Positions 28,101 through 39,215 of a DNA stretch of 64,000 nt are shown piece by piece. The stretch is taken from NCBI GenBank assembly GCA_030141605.1, contig JAQGDQ010000005.1, forward strand, positions 1,612,180 to 1,676,179, written 5' to 3'. Numbering within the stretch: the stretch's first letter is position 1; every line of letters starts with the position of its first letter. The notes below the pieces were generated by a model. The model was not told the DNA's origin. It worked only from the letters and a program-made list of their open reading frames with translations, and did not search any database. Made by a program: the position numbers and the translations under genes. Source of the stretch: Tubiluchus corallicola. Lineage: Eukaryota > Animalia > Priapulida.

Positions 28101-28298
28101 AAACGCCATAGTTGGAAACTTCGCAACTGTTTCAAAACATGAGCAAGCAGAAAGTTAAAAATTTATAATGATTTCTTTTCTGTGTTTTTCATTGTACCAT
28201 ACTCATTAATTTGTTCATTAATTTTGCAGAACAAGAAGAAGACGTGCCCGGCTTGTGGACTGAAGCTTTATAAGGATTCTTTCAAAAAACTTTACTAA
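5416..28298 (+). CDS. RTEL1: Regulator of telomere elongation helicase 1 (XPD/Rad3-family Fe-S helicase), 26 coding exons, ~1336 aa
   Basis: Exons: 5416-5520, 5807-5902, 6736-6853, 7478-7574, 8076-8218, 8379-8484, 8831-8981, 9999-10149, 10458-10569, 11701-11857, 13193-13361, 13999-14131, 15252-15406, 16729-16892, 17205-17282, 17406-17543, 18694-18812, 19286-19409, 19751-19891, 20584-20694, 21577-21666, 21758-21928, 22027-22165, 23320-23424, 24582-25450, 28230-28298 (sum 4011 nt, in frame). Motifs: [29 protein letters not shown], four Fe-S cysteines, [45 protein letters not shown], a harmonin-homology-like segment and a terminal RING. The 3' exons are less certain than the helicase core. Confidence 0.93.
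9345..9415 (-). mobile_element. Degenerate 5S rRNA-derived segment (SINE3-like head or 5S pseudogene)
   Basis: ggcagtcacctgttcatttactaaccaccctcaatgctgtttaacttc resembles the reverse complement of the 5S internal control region (ggcggtctcccatccaagtactaaccaggcccgaccctgcttagcttc). Confidence 0.5.
10578..11232. mobile_element. Tigger/pogo-type MITE (655 bp)
   Basis: TIRs CAGTAAGTCCTCGCTTAACGA and TCGTTAAGTGAGGACTTACTG (20/21 match), flanked by TA on both sides; no transposase ORF. Confidence 0.88.
12247..13100. mobile_element. Old non-autonomous DNA element with ~55-bp degenerate TIRs
   Basis: Left ttacaggcaatgtggaaaatttagacattttataaaattcctaggcattttata versus reverse complement of the right end ttacaggtaaagtgtgaaattgggtattctatagaatgtttaggcattttata. 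A (TA)n run follows. Confidence 0.65.
13101..13135. repeat. (TA)n microsatellite
   Basis: Perfect TA run directly after the element's right TIR. Confidence 0.95.
14389..15015. mobile_element. Possible PIF/Harbinger-like MITE
   Basis: ggtctgtgtcacacag (14389, preceded by TAA) and ggtccctgtcacacaga (~14478) are inverted relative to tctgtgtgacacgggac (~14997-15014). The right TSD is not clear. Confidence 0.4.
17823..18527. mobile_element. Non-autonomous hAT element (705 bp)
   Basis: Perfect 8-bp TSD AAGTAGAT (17815-17822 and 18528-18535); TIRs TAGGATTGTTACG / CATAACAACCCTA; subterminal CCGGTT repeats at both ends. Confidence 0.9.
19963..20455. mobile_element. Tc1/mariner-type MITE with long degenerate TIRs
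   Basis: Starts TA|CAGGGTATCC. Sequence at ~20010-20068 (aacaaacgcaaaatgtttgaaaattagttacagatgagctgaaacattggccaattctt) is the near reverse complement of ~20342-20402. The right terminus is decayed. Confidence 0.6.
22485..23249. mobile_element. Tigger/pogo-type MITE (765 bp)
   Basis: TIR CAGTAGGCGCTGTTTACTAGAC versus reverse complement of the right end CAGTATTCGCTGCTTAATAGAC (18/22); TA on both flanks. Confidence 0.75.
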
Positions 28299-30710
28299 TC
28301 AGCAGAAATTGACATGTGACTGAGTGAGTCTTACTCAGCTTGTTGTTACTTGATCTTGGTCAGAAAATTATTCAATGCATGTAGTTCTAAATTAAATTTA
28401 TAGATTGCTTGTAACTTAATCATGAATTTACGTTAAATTATGAATTTTGTTGATTTGACCAAATTGCAAGCCTTTGTTTTGTTTTCTTGTAACGTTTTAA
28501 CAAAAGAGTGTCACTTGTTATAATTTCATGTCTAAAATGCAAAAAATGGTAGCTAACTTTATTGCACAAGCTATACACATTTACAGGTATGATAAAATAA
28601 ATGAAAATATTATATGTATAACCAGTCAAAGACTGTTGTAGGCAACAGTGTTAAACTAGAAAGATATATTTACATAGCGTAAAATTAAAATTTAATTACA
28701 AAATATAATTTCATAAAATTCACATTGACAACGCATATGCTCAATACGTTTAAAAATGACTTTAAGATATGTATTTTTACAGTGAGCCTTTTTTATTTGG
28801 ATTATTTGTAGCTATTTTATCATTTTTGTAAGCGGGCCTCTCATAATTTTTGAGTAGTGTGTTCTTTAGTTTATAATATATATTTACGTTATTTCAAATG
28901 GTCGCTTGAGAATTTTATTTACTCTAATGATTTCTAAAATATTGTTTTGTCGCGCCTGCATCAGAATTTTATATTTAATATCGTTCGACACCGTTTTCGT
29001 AATTTCTGAACGGTCAGCGCACAGTGGCTTCTGAGCAGTGGCAGGGAATTCTACAGCATCATGTGTTCCGTTATAACTGCACGTTTTTAGGTCACCGCTG
29101 AAAAGAGCTATAGGTGCAAATTTATTATACAGTACCTATTTAAAAAAAATGCACTGCTTCTAATTCGGTGTTCCGGGCGTGTTGTGTAATGATTAAGTTA
29201 CTTTAAGCATCTTCGTTTAGTGATGCTTGTGGCCTAAATTACAAGTTAAACCACAATGAAGTTGATTAAACTTACAAGCAAAGTTTAAACAGTTGAAAAA
29301 AATCGCCAAAGTTAAGAATTTAAAATCCTGACGACGCGATTGCGAAATAATGGTAATTGAGCGTGCTATGAGTTTTCCTCCCAATAATAATTTACATCTG
29401 CAGCACTCGCTTTCATGTACTACATGTATTTTTGTGATCTCACTTTCCACTTTTATAAATGGGCCATACTGGGAAATGTTTTTTTATTATAAGACTCATC
29501 TCCTCGTGTCTCTCCGGAGAGTAGCCTGACCCTCTTTTATGATATTTGGGAACACTTGGAAATCCTTCGTGAAATTATGAGAGACAGACAGATTTTGTTA
29601 GAGTTTGGGCAGACGTGCGATATTTGACCAGCTTGCATCACAGTCCTGTTTATCTAGTGTCCAGCGTGGCCACTAGTTTATAATAATCTTACAGCGCGTC
29701 AACTGCGGCGACTTCGAAATGATTTACAATCAAGAGCGAAAGGCGTATGGAAGTCAGACGTACCAACTTCCGATTAATAGCTTAATGCTTTAGAGTTTAG
29801 AGCCGTTAACGTGAATGTATGCCAAAATATTATTATTATTATGCCAAAATAAAACCATCATTACCTCGATAAACGGTAATTAGTTGGTTTTAAAAAAGTT
29901 TAAAAAAGTAAACAATATTTGCGCGATTTCGTAACAGAATGTGATAAAATTTTAACAAGGGTAAAAAAACTTGATATTTTTTTATTCAATCTACACTTTA
30001 AGACAGGAAATTTTAGGTAAAAAATTTTTCAACATTTGTTTGGACAAATCTATATTTAATTAAATTAAACTACGTACCGTTTAATTAAAAGTCAATTCAA
30101 CCCTACTAACGATTTACTTTAATTTTTTTGTTGGAGAATTTTTAATTTCGAATTTATACTGTTATGCAATCCAGTTTCTTTGCAGCCTGGACGATTTTTT
30201 CTAATTTATTTTTTGCGTTTGGCTTCAGATGTGGTGCCACGTTTTAGCACGGACGCCCCCCCCCCCGAAAAATTGCCACTCCACTGCTTCTTTTTTCACT
30301 TAAATGTATTGATGAAATTAGTTAAAACAAAAAAAAACTGTCCACGTTAGTTGCACATTACCGTTTATTTGGACATTTAATTGTAAAACGATAGTGTCAG
30401 TGCTCAAGACATTCAGCCGCTAGGTACGCTAAGTAGTGTGACGTCGTTAACCAAATGAGGAAAGGCATATAATAGGAGTCAGAGTTAACAGACTATATAT
30501 AGCAACTATATGTAACTATAACGGCCGATACAAGCCGTTAAACACACGCGATTCAAATATTTGCAAACATTTAAGATGACTGAAAACTTCATGGAAATTA
30601 ATAGGCATTATAAACATAATGGTTAATTACTTATATTCTTAATTACTCGTAATTATTAAATTTTAAAACTAATATTTGAAAGAAAGGTAATGTGATTATG
30701 TTATGTGGAA

Positions 30711-30785
30711 TGGTCTTATCACTGACTTGAATCAGGGACGCTTAGATTACAGAGCTGGGCGTTTAGCTGACATGGCTAATAATCC
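30711..30785 (-). pseudogene. Degenerate tRNA-like sequence (tRNA pseudogene or SINE head)
   Basis: 75-nt minus-strand stretch starting GG and ending ACCA, with A-box-like TAGCCATGT, B-box-like GATTCAAGTC and a CTGTAAT loop. Stems are imperfect. Confidence 0.3.
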
Positions 30786-32245
30786 ATTTGAACCAATACA
30801 ATCGTTAGTTTGCTCAGGCTAAAACTCAAGGTCCATATAAACTCATATAACGTTAAAGTAGGAATAGAACTGAAAGCCAAGATCATTTTCATAAGTTTTT
30901 TGCTAGTTTACTGTAAAATTTTTTTTAATTATTTTCATTCATTGTATTTCTAATTATTTATAGAACAAATGTAGGCGCAATTTTACTACACTGATGCCTT
31001 CAACTGCTGTGTTTTGAAAATAGCTCATTAGTAATAGGCCCATGAGCGGATCAGATGTTTCTTATGAATCTTATCACTTTGATGATAAGCTAATTTACAA
31101 AAATGTATGGCGTATTACACGGGTCCTGATAATGTCGTGGGAAGGCATCCGAAATGTGCGAATAATGAATGAAAATGTTATTTATAAATGACAACGGCTC
31201 TGGTGCTTCTATAAAATCTAGAATATACGAGAACAGCGCTGTCTGTTACAAATGAAATGACATCATTTTACCGTGCTGTATCATCATGTGCGTGCTAAAG
31301 CGAAATAAAAAAACAGTATTTCAAATCCAACGACTGGCGGCTTCCAGTCGTTTCATGTTAACTCTAGATATCGTTGAGCTTTGGCAAATTCATCTTTTAC
31401 AGAAAAAAAATGAGCGAGAGCAACTTTTTAATTGCAACTTACGTGTCAAAAACACAGTCATTTATTACGTCAGGAGAGTCTGTAGAAAAGGGAGCACAGG
31501 AAAAAGGGCACAAATAAAAAAATGGAAAAAATGCTAAGCATGTCACTATTACATTTATTATTAGGCCTTTTACTTGCGCTATTTTTACCTGTATTAACAA
31601 TTACTGTGTAGATTAATTTGTTCTTATAAAAGTGAAAATATTAAATGTGCACCAAATTATATTGCTTCGCCTTTCTCATTTGGACTAGAATTTTACACGT
31701 TGGTGACGCGCTGTCTTCTAAAATTATTATTAAACTAACAGAAGCGTGAGTACCTTTAAATTTATAACCGTTCAGCTAGTAATTATTTTATTATTATCAT
31801 TTTCGTATGATTAATAATACTAATTTCAAACTTTTACGACTAATTGCATCATTCATATCCGGCCCATCTCGAACTAAATAACAAATCGGTGAAAATGGGC
31901 TATATTGTTAGTAGTGTCGTACAGAGAATTCTAACTTAGGTATAGGTTTACTTTTCTTACTGGATTGTTCAACCGTCTTGAGAAGTAGTAATAATTTGCT
32001 GCCGTGGCTTTAATTTTATTATTTAGCTTGATCAAGCGGAGCACGGGAGCAAGCATGGAGCAAGAGTTTAAAACAAAGAGACGCGAAAGTATACTCAACC
32101 TGTATTGTTGTTACAGTTTACACTCGTAAAATTCATTCATTCAGTATTAGCAGTTTCATCATCTTGAATATGAATATGATTTAGTACACGAAATTATGAT
32201 CGCTGCGATTATAGGTAAAAGTGACATACAAGTAAGAATGGTATA

Positions 32246-33090
32246 GTACGGAAAAAGGAGCAAATGGAAAAACACAGAAATGGCACCTATGATATTTTTA
32301 TGCAAATAGGTTCAAGAATAAAAGTAAATAGTCACTCAGTACAGTGCAGACTTCCACTAAGGCCGAAAGAAAGAATGTTAAATTTGTTCGTCTGACTCTT
32401 GTAACAGAATAAACGATAAAACAAAGATATAAAGCAAAATAAACAAAAATATACCCATAAGCAAAGGTATATGCAAAAGTATAATAAACAAAATTATAGA
32501 CAGAGTTATATAAGTATTCCACGCGATAATTCCTCGAATTGGAACATAGAACTAACTCACAGCCGTTCGTTCTGGCGGAGATATATTTTAAAAACTAACT
32601 ATCCTACCTTGCGGCCTCGTTCCTCCTAATTTCAAAGAGCTGTAAACTCTGTTCGAAACCCCATAAAGCGCCAAAGGAACGTTTCTTGTACACGCGGTGT
32701 TCGGTCAAGTTTTGCAAAAAAAAGGCGGGCGAAAAACGTCCCGCACCCGTGAATCAGCGCCAAAGTTTATTGTATTCTTCTTTGTCCCGTTCCTCGTCCT
32801 TCCACAAAGTTTCAGGAAATCAGTGAAGTAGTTTTTGCGAATTTGTAACAGACAAACAAACGGCGTTGGACACCTCCTTGGTGGGAGGCAAAAGTAATTA
32901 AATTAGAAAACTCTATCACTAAACTCGTATCAAGATTGAAAATTTTGTTTATTGAATTACAAAATAAAAAGGATTAAGCTTGTTAGAATTTTTGATCGAC
33001 ATATCTTATGGAATGTCCCTTTTCCTTATTTTTCATTTGTACCCGTTTTTCCAGTGCCATTTTACCTATGCCTTTTTGCCCGTAGCACGC
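32246..33090. mobile_element. Foldback-like element with repetitive GGAAAAA(T/G)GGCAC-type termini, interrupted by a nested insertion
   Basis: Left gtacggaaaaaggagcaaatggaaaaacacagaaatggcac is inverted relative to gtgccattttacctatgcctttttgcccgtagcac. A short related copy lies at ~31481-31595. Confidence 0.45.
32321..32890 (-). mobile_element. Helentron-associated non-autonomous element (HINE/DINE-like)
   Basis: Hairpin plus subTIR at one end (cactcagtacagtgcagacttccactaagg) and matching acctccttggtgggagg at the other. Typical core aaagtttcaggaaatcagtgaagtagtttt and an acagacaaacaaac microsatellite. Confidence 0.6.
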
Positions 33091-34218
33091 TTACGCAGTT
33101 CAGCACCCCACTGCGCCCGAGATAAAAAGAAATATCGGCCTTATGAACTATAGCTAAGTGGAATTGCATTTCCTAGAGTTTTTTAATGCGCCAAACAGCC
33201 TTATAAACTTTTACACTTAAATAGTTGAAGAATAGCACTGTTTGAAAACTTGGATACTCTTCCTTCCTTTGATAATGCCGCGGTTTATTCGGCAAAAGTA
33301 TTTTTAGACTAAACACTATGAAGTAATTCTGATAAATCATTATCGTTTTAATGAGGCAGCTGATCACCTGACTTGTTGACTGGCAGGTACGCAAGAGCTA
33401 CAAACACACCGCCCCTGACAGGTGAAAGGTTTTGTGTATCAGTTTGGGGACAATCTGTTTCACACAATCGCAGGGTCATTATGTCAATTAGGAACACGTG
33501 TGATTATTGCGGCTTAAGTTGTTTGATTTCCCACGCAACGCCCAAAGAGGAGAACTTTCACTTATTATTACCGCTATAACGTGTTCCATTCAAATTAATG
33601 AGTTCTGAATACAGTACTATACATCAAGAACCCATGTACATGTATAACATACGTAACTTCCCTACTGCTGTCCTACATAAAAGAGAAGGAATACTCATTT
33701 GTTGTATGTTTTTGAGATTTTTTGCTCACGAACTATGAATTCCATCGTAACGCGTTACTGAGGTCGCGTGTACATATTGTTTAAGGTTATGGCAAAAACG
33801 GTTTTTCGATAAACAATCGCCACTACGAATTTAATGCTCTAACCTAGAAAAGTAGGTCACGAGAATAAAAACTGCCATTTGTGCCTGTATATACTGTACA
33901 ATAATAATTACTGCTTCATCCAAAAAGTTTCGTTTGACCATAATTTTTCTTATCTAAATTTAATCAGTTTTTATTGCGTCAGGTTTTTAGTCATGTGCTT
34001 TGACATACGTTATAGTACGTCAAATTATAATAGATGTTATTAAAAATTGCTCAATGATATTTTTAGGATTTGTGCAAAAACTTGGGTTGGAGATTTTGGT
34101 GAGCTTTGTAATTAAAAAAATATTCGCGCAGGTGAATTACCATGCATAGAAGTGTCAAAATTAAATGTGAATTGTTATGATAGAAAACAAAAACAGATTT
34201 TTACAGTATAATTCCATA

Positions 34219-34224
34219 TTTATT
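34219..34224 (-). terminator. Candidate nanos polyadenylation signal (AATAAA)
   Basis: tttatt on + strand, ~1.03 kb past the nanos stop, followed on the minus strand by a U/GU-rich tract. Confidence 0.5.
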
Positions 34225-35253
34225 GAGATACTAAAGAGAAATGGTTCGACATTTTTTATAATGTGGAAGTTTCCACCCATACTTCAGTAAAGAGCATGTT
34301 GTTTTTCAAATCAATGTAATAAGTTGCTGGACATTAATTTCTACTCTCATGTTCAAATAAAAGTTTGATAATGCTGATCATAAAGTCTGGCTACATTATT
34401 TAAAAGTTTATAGTTCCGGTAATACACTTTTTTGTCCAGGTGTTTAATATTTCCATGTACAAAAAAGAAGAATACTCAAATAATCAAAATAAGCGAAGTG
34501 TGTTCATGAATTTATATTCCTACCTTCATTTGCACCAAACAAAAAATACATGTACAAATGTATACAAAAAGTTGCAAATTTACAATTCCAATAAAAAGAA
34601 TGGTACATATACTAAACAAGTTCTACACTGATGCTAAATGAGATAAGAAATTTATCACTGGCCTAGAAGTACGACGCGTTACTGACTTATGATTGAAAAA
34701 CCAATTAATACTCACTGCAGAATATGTACAAACTACGCAAATCACTCATCATAATTATAATTATCACATTTTAAACTGAATCTACTTACCGTAAAAAACA
34801 AGTGCTTATATAATACAAATGAGATGTAATAACATGTAAATCGCACACACAATAACAATTCTTTGGCATACAAGATATATGCGCATTATGGAAAAATATA
34901 CGCATGTAACACTCCAAGAGACAGGTAGTTATTTTAAGATATTGATATTATAAAACAAAATAACATAATAAAAACTTTGTTCCTCACATTGATCAAGAAT
35001 ATTTACAAGGGAGATTATCCACAACAAAAGCAATGAAAACGAGTTCCCAAGATTATTCTAACTGAATGAGTATCATCATTATAAAAATTCTCATCATTTT
35101 AAAACAGTCATAAACACTCAAAAGTGAAAAGTTGTGAACCTAGTACATAATAGGACTTGACAATGCATAACTCTCAAAACAATTCAAAAAGAGAGAACAA
35201 CAAACTGATAACACTTGTAACAGCTGAATCGTTGCACAATTATTCTATATACA

Positions 35254-37792
35254 TTAGGGCACCTTTCGGCCAACTGCATTCCTTCCAGTTTTTAACGCTG
35301 CAATGGTACTATCGCCACTGCCATAAGGACAGTACTTTATGGTATGAGCATTGTCTCCTTTTGCCTGTAAAAGTCACACATTGAGAAAAAACAATTTAAA
35401 ACAGTTTATAATACAAAGTTAAGATTATTCAAAAGCACTACTACATTAACATAAAGCCTACAAAAACAACCCGAGACTCAGCAAATGATGAATTCGCAAA
35501 CACAAGAGCAATTCTATTTACAACAAAAGTGACGCTATAAAAACGTTTCATTTTATTTAAAATATGCAAACAAATGCAGTTTGCATTCTCCAATCTCCTC
35601 TATTATAGAAAACTTTGCATTTACAGACATACCACTATATTTAGATTACCTGTTTTAATTTAAATGCATCTTACCTTGCAAATGGGACATGTATACTTTC
35701 TGAGAACAGGACAAACAACCTTGCCTGTGTTGTCCTTCAATTTATGTCCCGTATACCATTTTTCACATTCGCCATTTTTCTTGCAAAAGGCACAAGCCTG
35801 GAAAAAATTCACCAGTGTTATTTATAGATATTTGAGAGCTTTGTTTTTATATTTTAAACAAATCTTGCTTAAAGAGCAATTACTTAGTTTAATCACCTGT
35901 GTTTTTCCTGCTAGCTTTTTCATCAGCTTCCTTTCTCTTTTCTCTTTCTCTAGCTGAGCAATGTACCTATGTAACAAGAAAATAATTCACCGCCAGATCC
36001 AATAAATTACAAAACTATGCTTAAATATGTGAAAATCTGTAGCGGATAGCCCTATAGGCTGAAGCCTAACGCCCGGGGATCAAAAGGGGCCCGGCAAAAT
36101 AAAACGAAAAAAATTTTTTTTTGTAAAAAAAGAAATAAATTGACAAAAGAGCAAGGGGCCCGCCAAAATAAAATATAGAAAAAAGTTTTTTTTTCAAAAG
36201 TCAGTCACTATATTTCAAATCGGGTTTACATAAATCAAGTTTACACAATTCAGGTTTACACAGTTTAAGTTTAAAATTTCAGTTTCCGAATTTTTCTGGG
36301 GGCAAAGTCAGTTATAATTTCTGAAAAGTCCATTGTTTTCAACATATCTGACTCAATATGCATCAGTGATCAATTGTTTAATTTGTCATCCTTTAGAGAT
36401 GACCGTAAATAAGTTTTTATCCTTTTCAGAGCAGAGAATGATCGTTCCCCACTGCAGTTTTAAGGGAACATTTAGCAACATTTAAAAGGCTCGTTCCAAG
36501 CTCAAGCCTAAGGCCCATAAAATCATAATCCGCCGCTGGTGAAAATACGAGTCAGTTGAGCCAATTTCCCTCAAAGGCAAAATGACTATGGTATGCACCT
36601 GAACTGAGAAAGATTTTTGCAAATATTTTATACTCTACAGAGGCAATGTCAAAAACTTATAATAATGTCTACAGCATAAGAAATATCATCCTGTTCTGTG
36701 ATATAAAGATGTGTGTGTGATTTCATAGATGTAAAACAATAAAGTTCACAGTCACTAAACATTAATTAAATTAATATGTACTCTATTTGACTCTGCAATT
36801 TTGCATTTTTTACAATTGTTGTAAGCGAAATCTAACAGTTTTTGATAGAAGCAGCAATCAGCAGTTCACTCGTGAATACAAAAAAAAACAGCTAATTACT
36901 AAAGGCCTATTTACTTTTCCAAACTCTGACTGGGCGAATTCACATCGTCACATACTGCTCCATTAGTGCTGAAATCCACACATCCGTCTAGTACACTATC
37001 TAAGGTGAATGGCAAAGGCTGCGGTTCAAAATGAAGAATTTTCTCTATTCCTTCCACCAACGTTTTTTCAGATTCACTCACGTACCCGGACTGCAAAGTT
37101 AATGACAAAAAATTACTGAAACATTTTTACAACAGCGAGTTAGTTTAATCACAACAGGCTAATAATATATTTCAGAAATAACTTTTCCCTTTATCAAGTT
37201 CATACGAAATGACTATAAAATTCCAAAACAAAATCTAAAAAACACTTAACGTGTATAAACAAAAAGCAACACTATTAATAAACTGGTTGATAATTAACCT
37301 TTTCTTTGTTTAATTGGAGAACTGTAATACCATTTATTCAAATTTTAACATCATTTTTTATGCTCTGTTTAACTAGTAGACCCAAGTATTAGATGTCATA
37401 TAACATATTAAAATTGCGAAACAGCAGAAGGTAACACGGCTCACCGTATTTGGAGTTTTAATTTAATTATTGACATATAACTACGTTTTAAATACAGAAG
37501 CCAGGTAACGAAGTAGTACTGAATAAAAATGAATGTCAATTGACTTTATTCCTGTGTAAAGACTGTATAAAACAAAGAAACATTTTAGCTCTAAAATACG
37601 TATTAGCTCTAGAATTATTACCTGTGAACAGAGCGAAATGGCTGAATCTTCCGACTCGGTGCTACTCAAGCTATAGTTTCTTCTCCTACCTTCCAGCCAC
37701 GATTTGGTTTGCAAGTTATAGCGATTATAGGAAGCTTCAAAAAGTTGATAGTACTGAAAATTATCAAAATCGTAAATGTTTTGGTAAGCCAT
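35254..37792 (-). CDS. nanos: Nanos (tandem CCHC zinc-finger translational repressor), 5 exons, 216 aa
   Basis: Exons 37792-37622, 37090-36915, 35966-35897, 35797-35675 and 35364-35254 (651 nt, in frame). Zinc fingers read ACAFCKKNGECEKWYTGHKLKDNTGKVVCPVLRKYTCPICK|AKGDNAHTIKYCP, the Nanos signature. The finger exons are absent from the ORF track because they are short. Confidence 0.94.
36037..36538 (-). mobile_element. Internally deleted hAT element (Tip100/ZMYM1-like) in nanos intron 2
   Basis: Perfect 8-bp TSD GTGAAAAT; TIRs CTGTAGCGGAT / ATCCGCCGCTG. Minus strand 36459-36271 translates NCSGERSFSALKRIKTYLRSSLKDDKLNN*SLMHIESDMLKTMDFSEIITDFAPRKIRKLKF*, the hAT C-terminal dimerisation domain. 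Confidence 0.9.
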
Positions 37793-38154
37793 GGTGAACA
37801 CACTCTTCGTCCGGTTTCACAAATGACAATGAATCGCGCTAAGCGCGACTAAACGCTGTTTGGTACCTCGCCTGCTGTAGTAAACTTTCATTGGCTGATA
37901 AATTTAGACCACGCCTTTGACCGCTTGTATCATGCGGAACAATTGACGCTGGCGGAACATCAAAGCCACCGAAGCCTTTGAGCAGCCAAGGTTTGGCAGC
38001 TTCACGCCGGACGAGTGGGCGTCGGGCCTGGAAATATAATTTAAATGCATTCGAAAAACGTAGTACTATTGCGCCGCGTCAGAAATGTTTAGACTTTTAA
38101 ATTAGCAGCAAGGTGCACAGTAGTTAACTAGATATGCGGTAACTGCAATTAGAT

Positions 38155-38416
38155 TCTTCTTCTGTTGCTGTAAATATGTGTTGTAGATATAGAGCCTCTA
38201 TCTTTTATTAGAGCATTCCACTGTTTCCTGTCTGCAGCTAAAATTTTCAACTCCTGTGATGCTATTGTTAGGTTTACTTCCAGCTGTTGTAAAATATTTA
38301 TTAATACTTAATATCCAGGTTGTTTTTTGGTTTGCCTGGAGGTTGTTTAATAGGTTTCTGTGCTTCGTTTAATGCTAATCTTACTGGTGTTGTTCGGGCA
38401 ATCTCATAGATAGATA
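38155..38416 (-). mobile_element. 5'-truncated LINE (RTE-clade-like) 3' fragment
   Basis: Frameshifted minus-strand translation MRLPE..TPVRLALNEAQKPIKQPPGKPK.TTW...LAADRKQW matches non-LTR RT C-termini. It has an (AGA)n tail and a 10-bp TSD GCAATTAGAT (38145-38154, 38417-38426). Confidence 0.75.
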
Positions 38417-39071
38417 GCAATTAGATAGTTTAGTAATAAATTCGAACAAATGTATGCTCAGTCATCTTGTGTTCGTTTTTCTAAAAATCGACTTATTAGG
38501 AAAAGTACATGTATGTAACGATCCTTTTTTGTAAAGAGAATGGAAATTCCATAACTTTTAATATTATAGCCTGATTTAGACTGGATGTGAGCTCCTGGGC
38601 CCCTGCATAGAAATTAAATTACATGACAATAAAATTGAACTAAAATAGTGGGCAAACCCGTCAAACCGCATTTATTTAAAAAGACATGGTTTAGATTCTG
38701 TAAAAGTCACTTGCGGCTACTTTATTTTATTTGCACAGTTAAATTATTTTTTAAGAAAAACACAAGTTCGTATCTGTATAAATATTTGGTCGGTAACATC
38801 AGCTCTTGCAGCTTGTAAATTTTTTGCGATTGTAAAATCAATGTAAAATAAACGTTTATCTTATCTTATAATGTAACGTTCACCAAGTGCGTGGCTAAAA
38901 TACAGTTGTTAGTCATGCGATACTGTGTGTCTGACCAGGTAGGGTGAGGGAGAGTGAGAATAAAACGATAAGAGAAAATCTAATAACTGAAGTGAGCCTG
39001 TGAGGGTTGCAACGCAAAAGTTATATTTTATTGGCTTCTTATAATTATCATAAGATGGCGCTCGGATAGTA

Positions 39072-39085
39072 ATATCCATGACAAC
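39072..39085 (+). promoter_or_regulatory. Candidate RFX X-box at the WD40 gene 5' end
   Basis: ATATCCATGACAAC matches RYYNYYATRRNRAC at 13/14 positions and is adjacent to YY1-like AGATGGCG (39053-39060). Confidence 0.4.
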
Positions 39086-39215
39086 TAATGATCACAAAAT
39101 AAAATGATACAATTTACTCGGTCATGTGCTTGGTACTGGATAGAGTCGGATAAACTTTGCGTCCAGTTTGTTGGAATTTGGAAATCATTGTACAGTATTC
39201 CACTAATCAATATGG

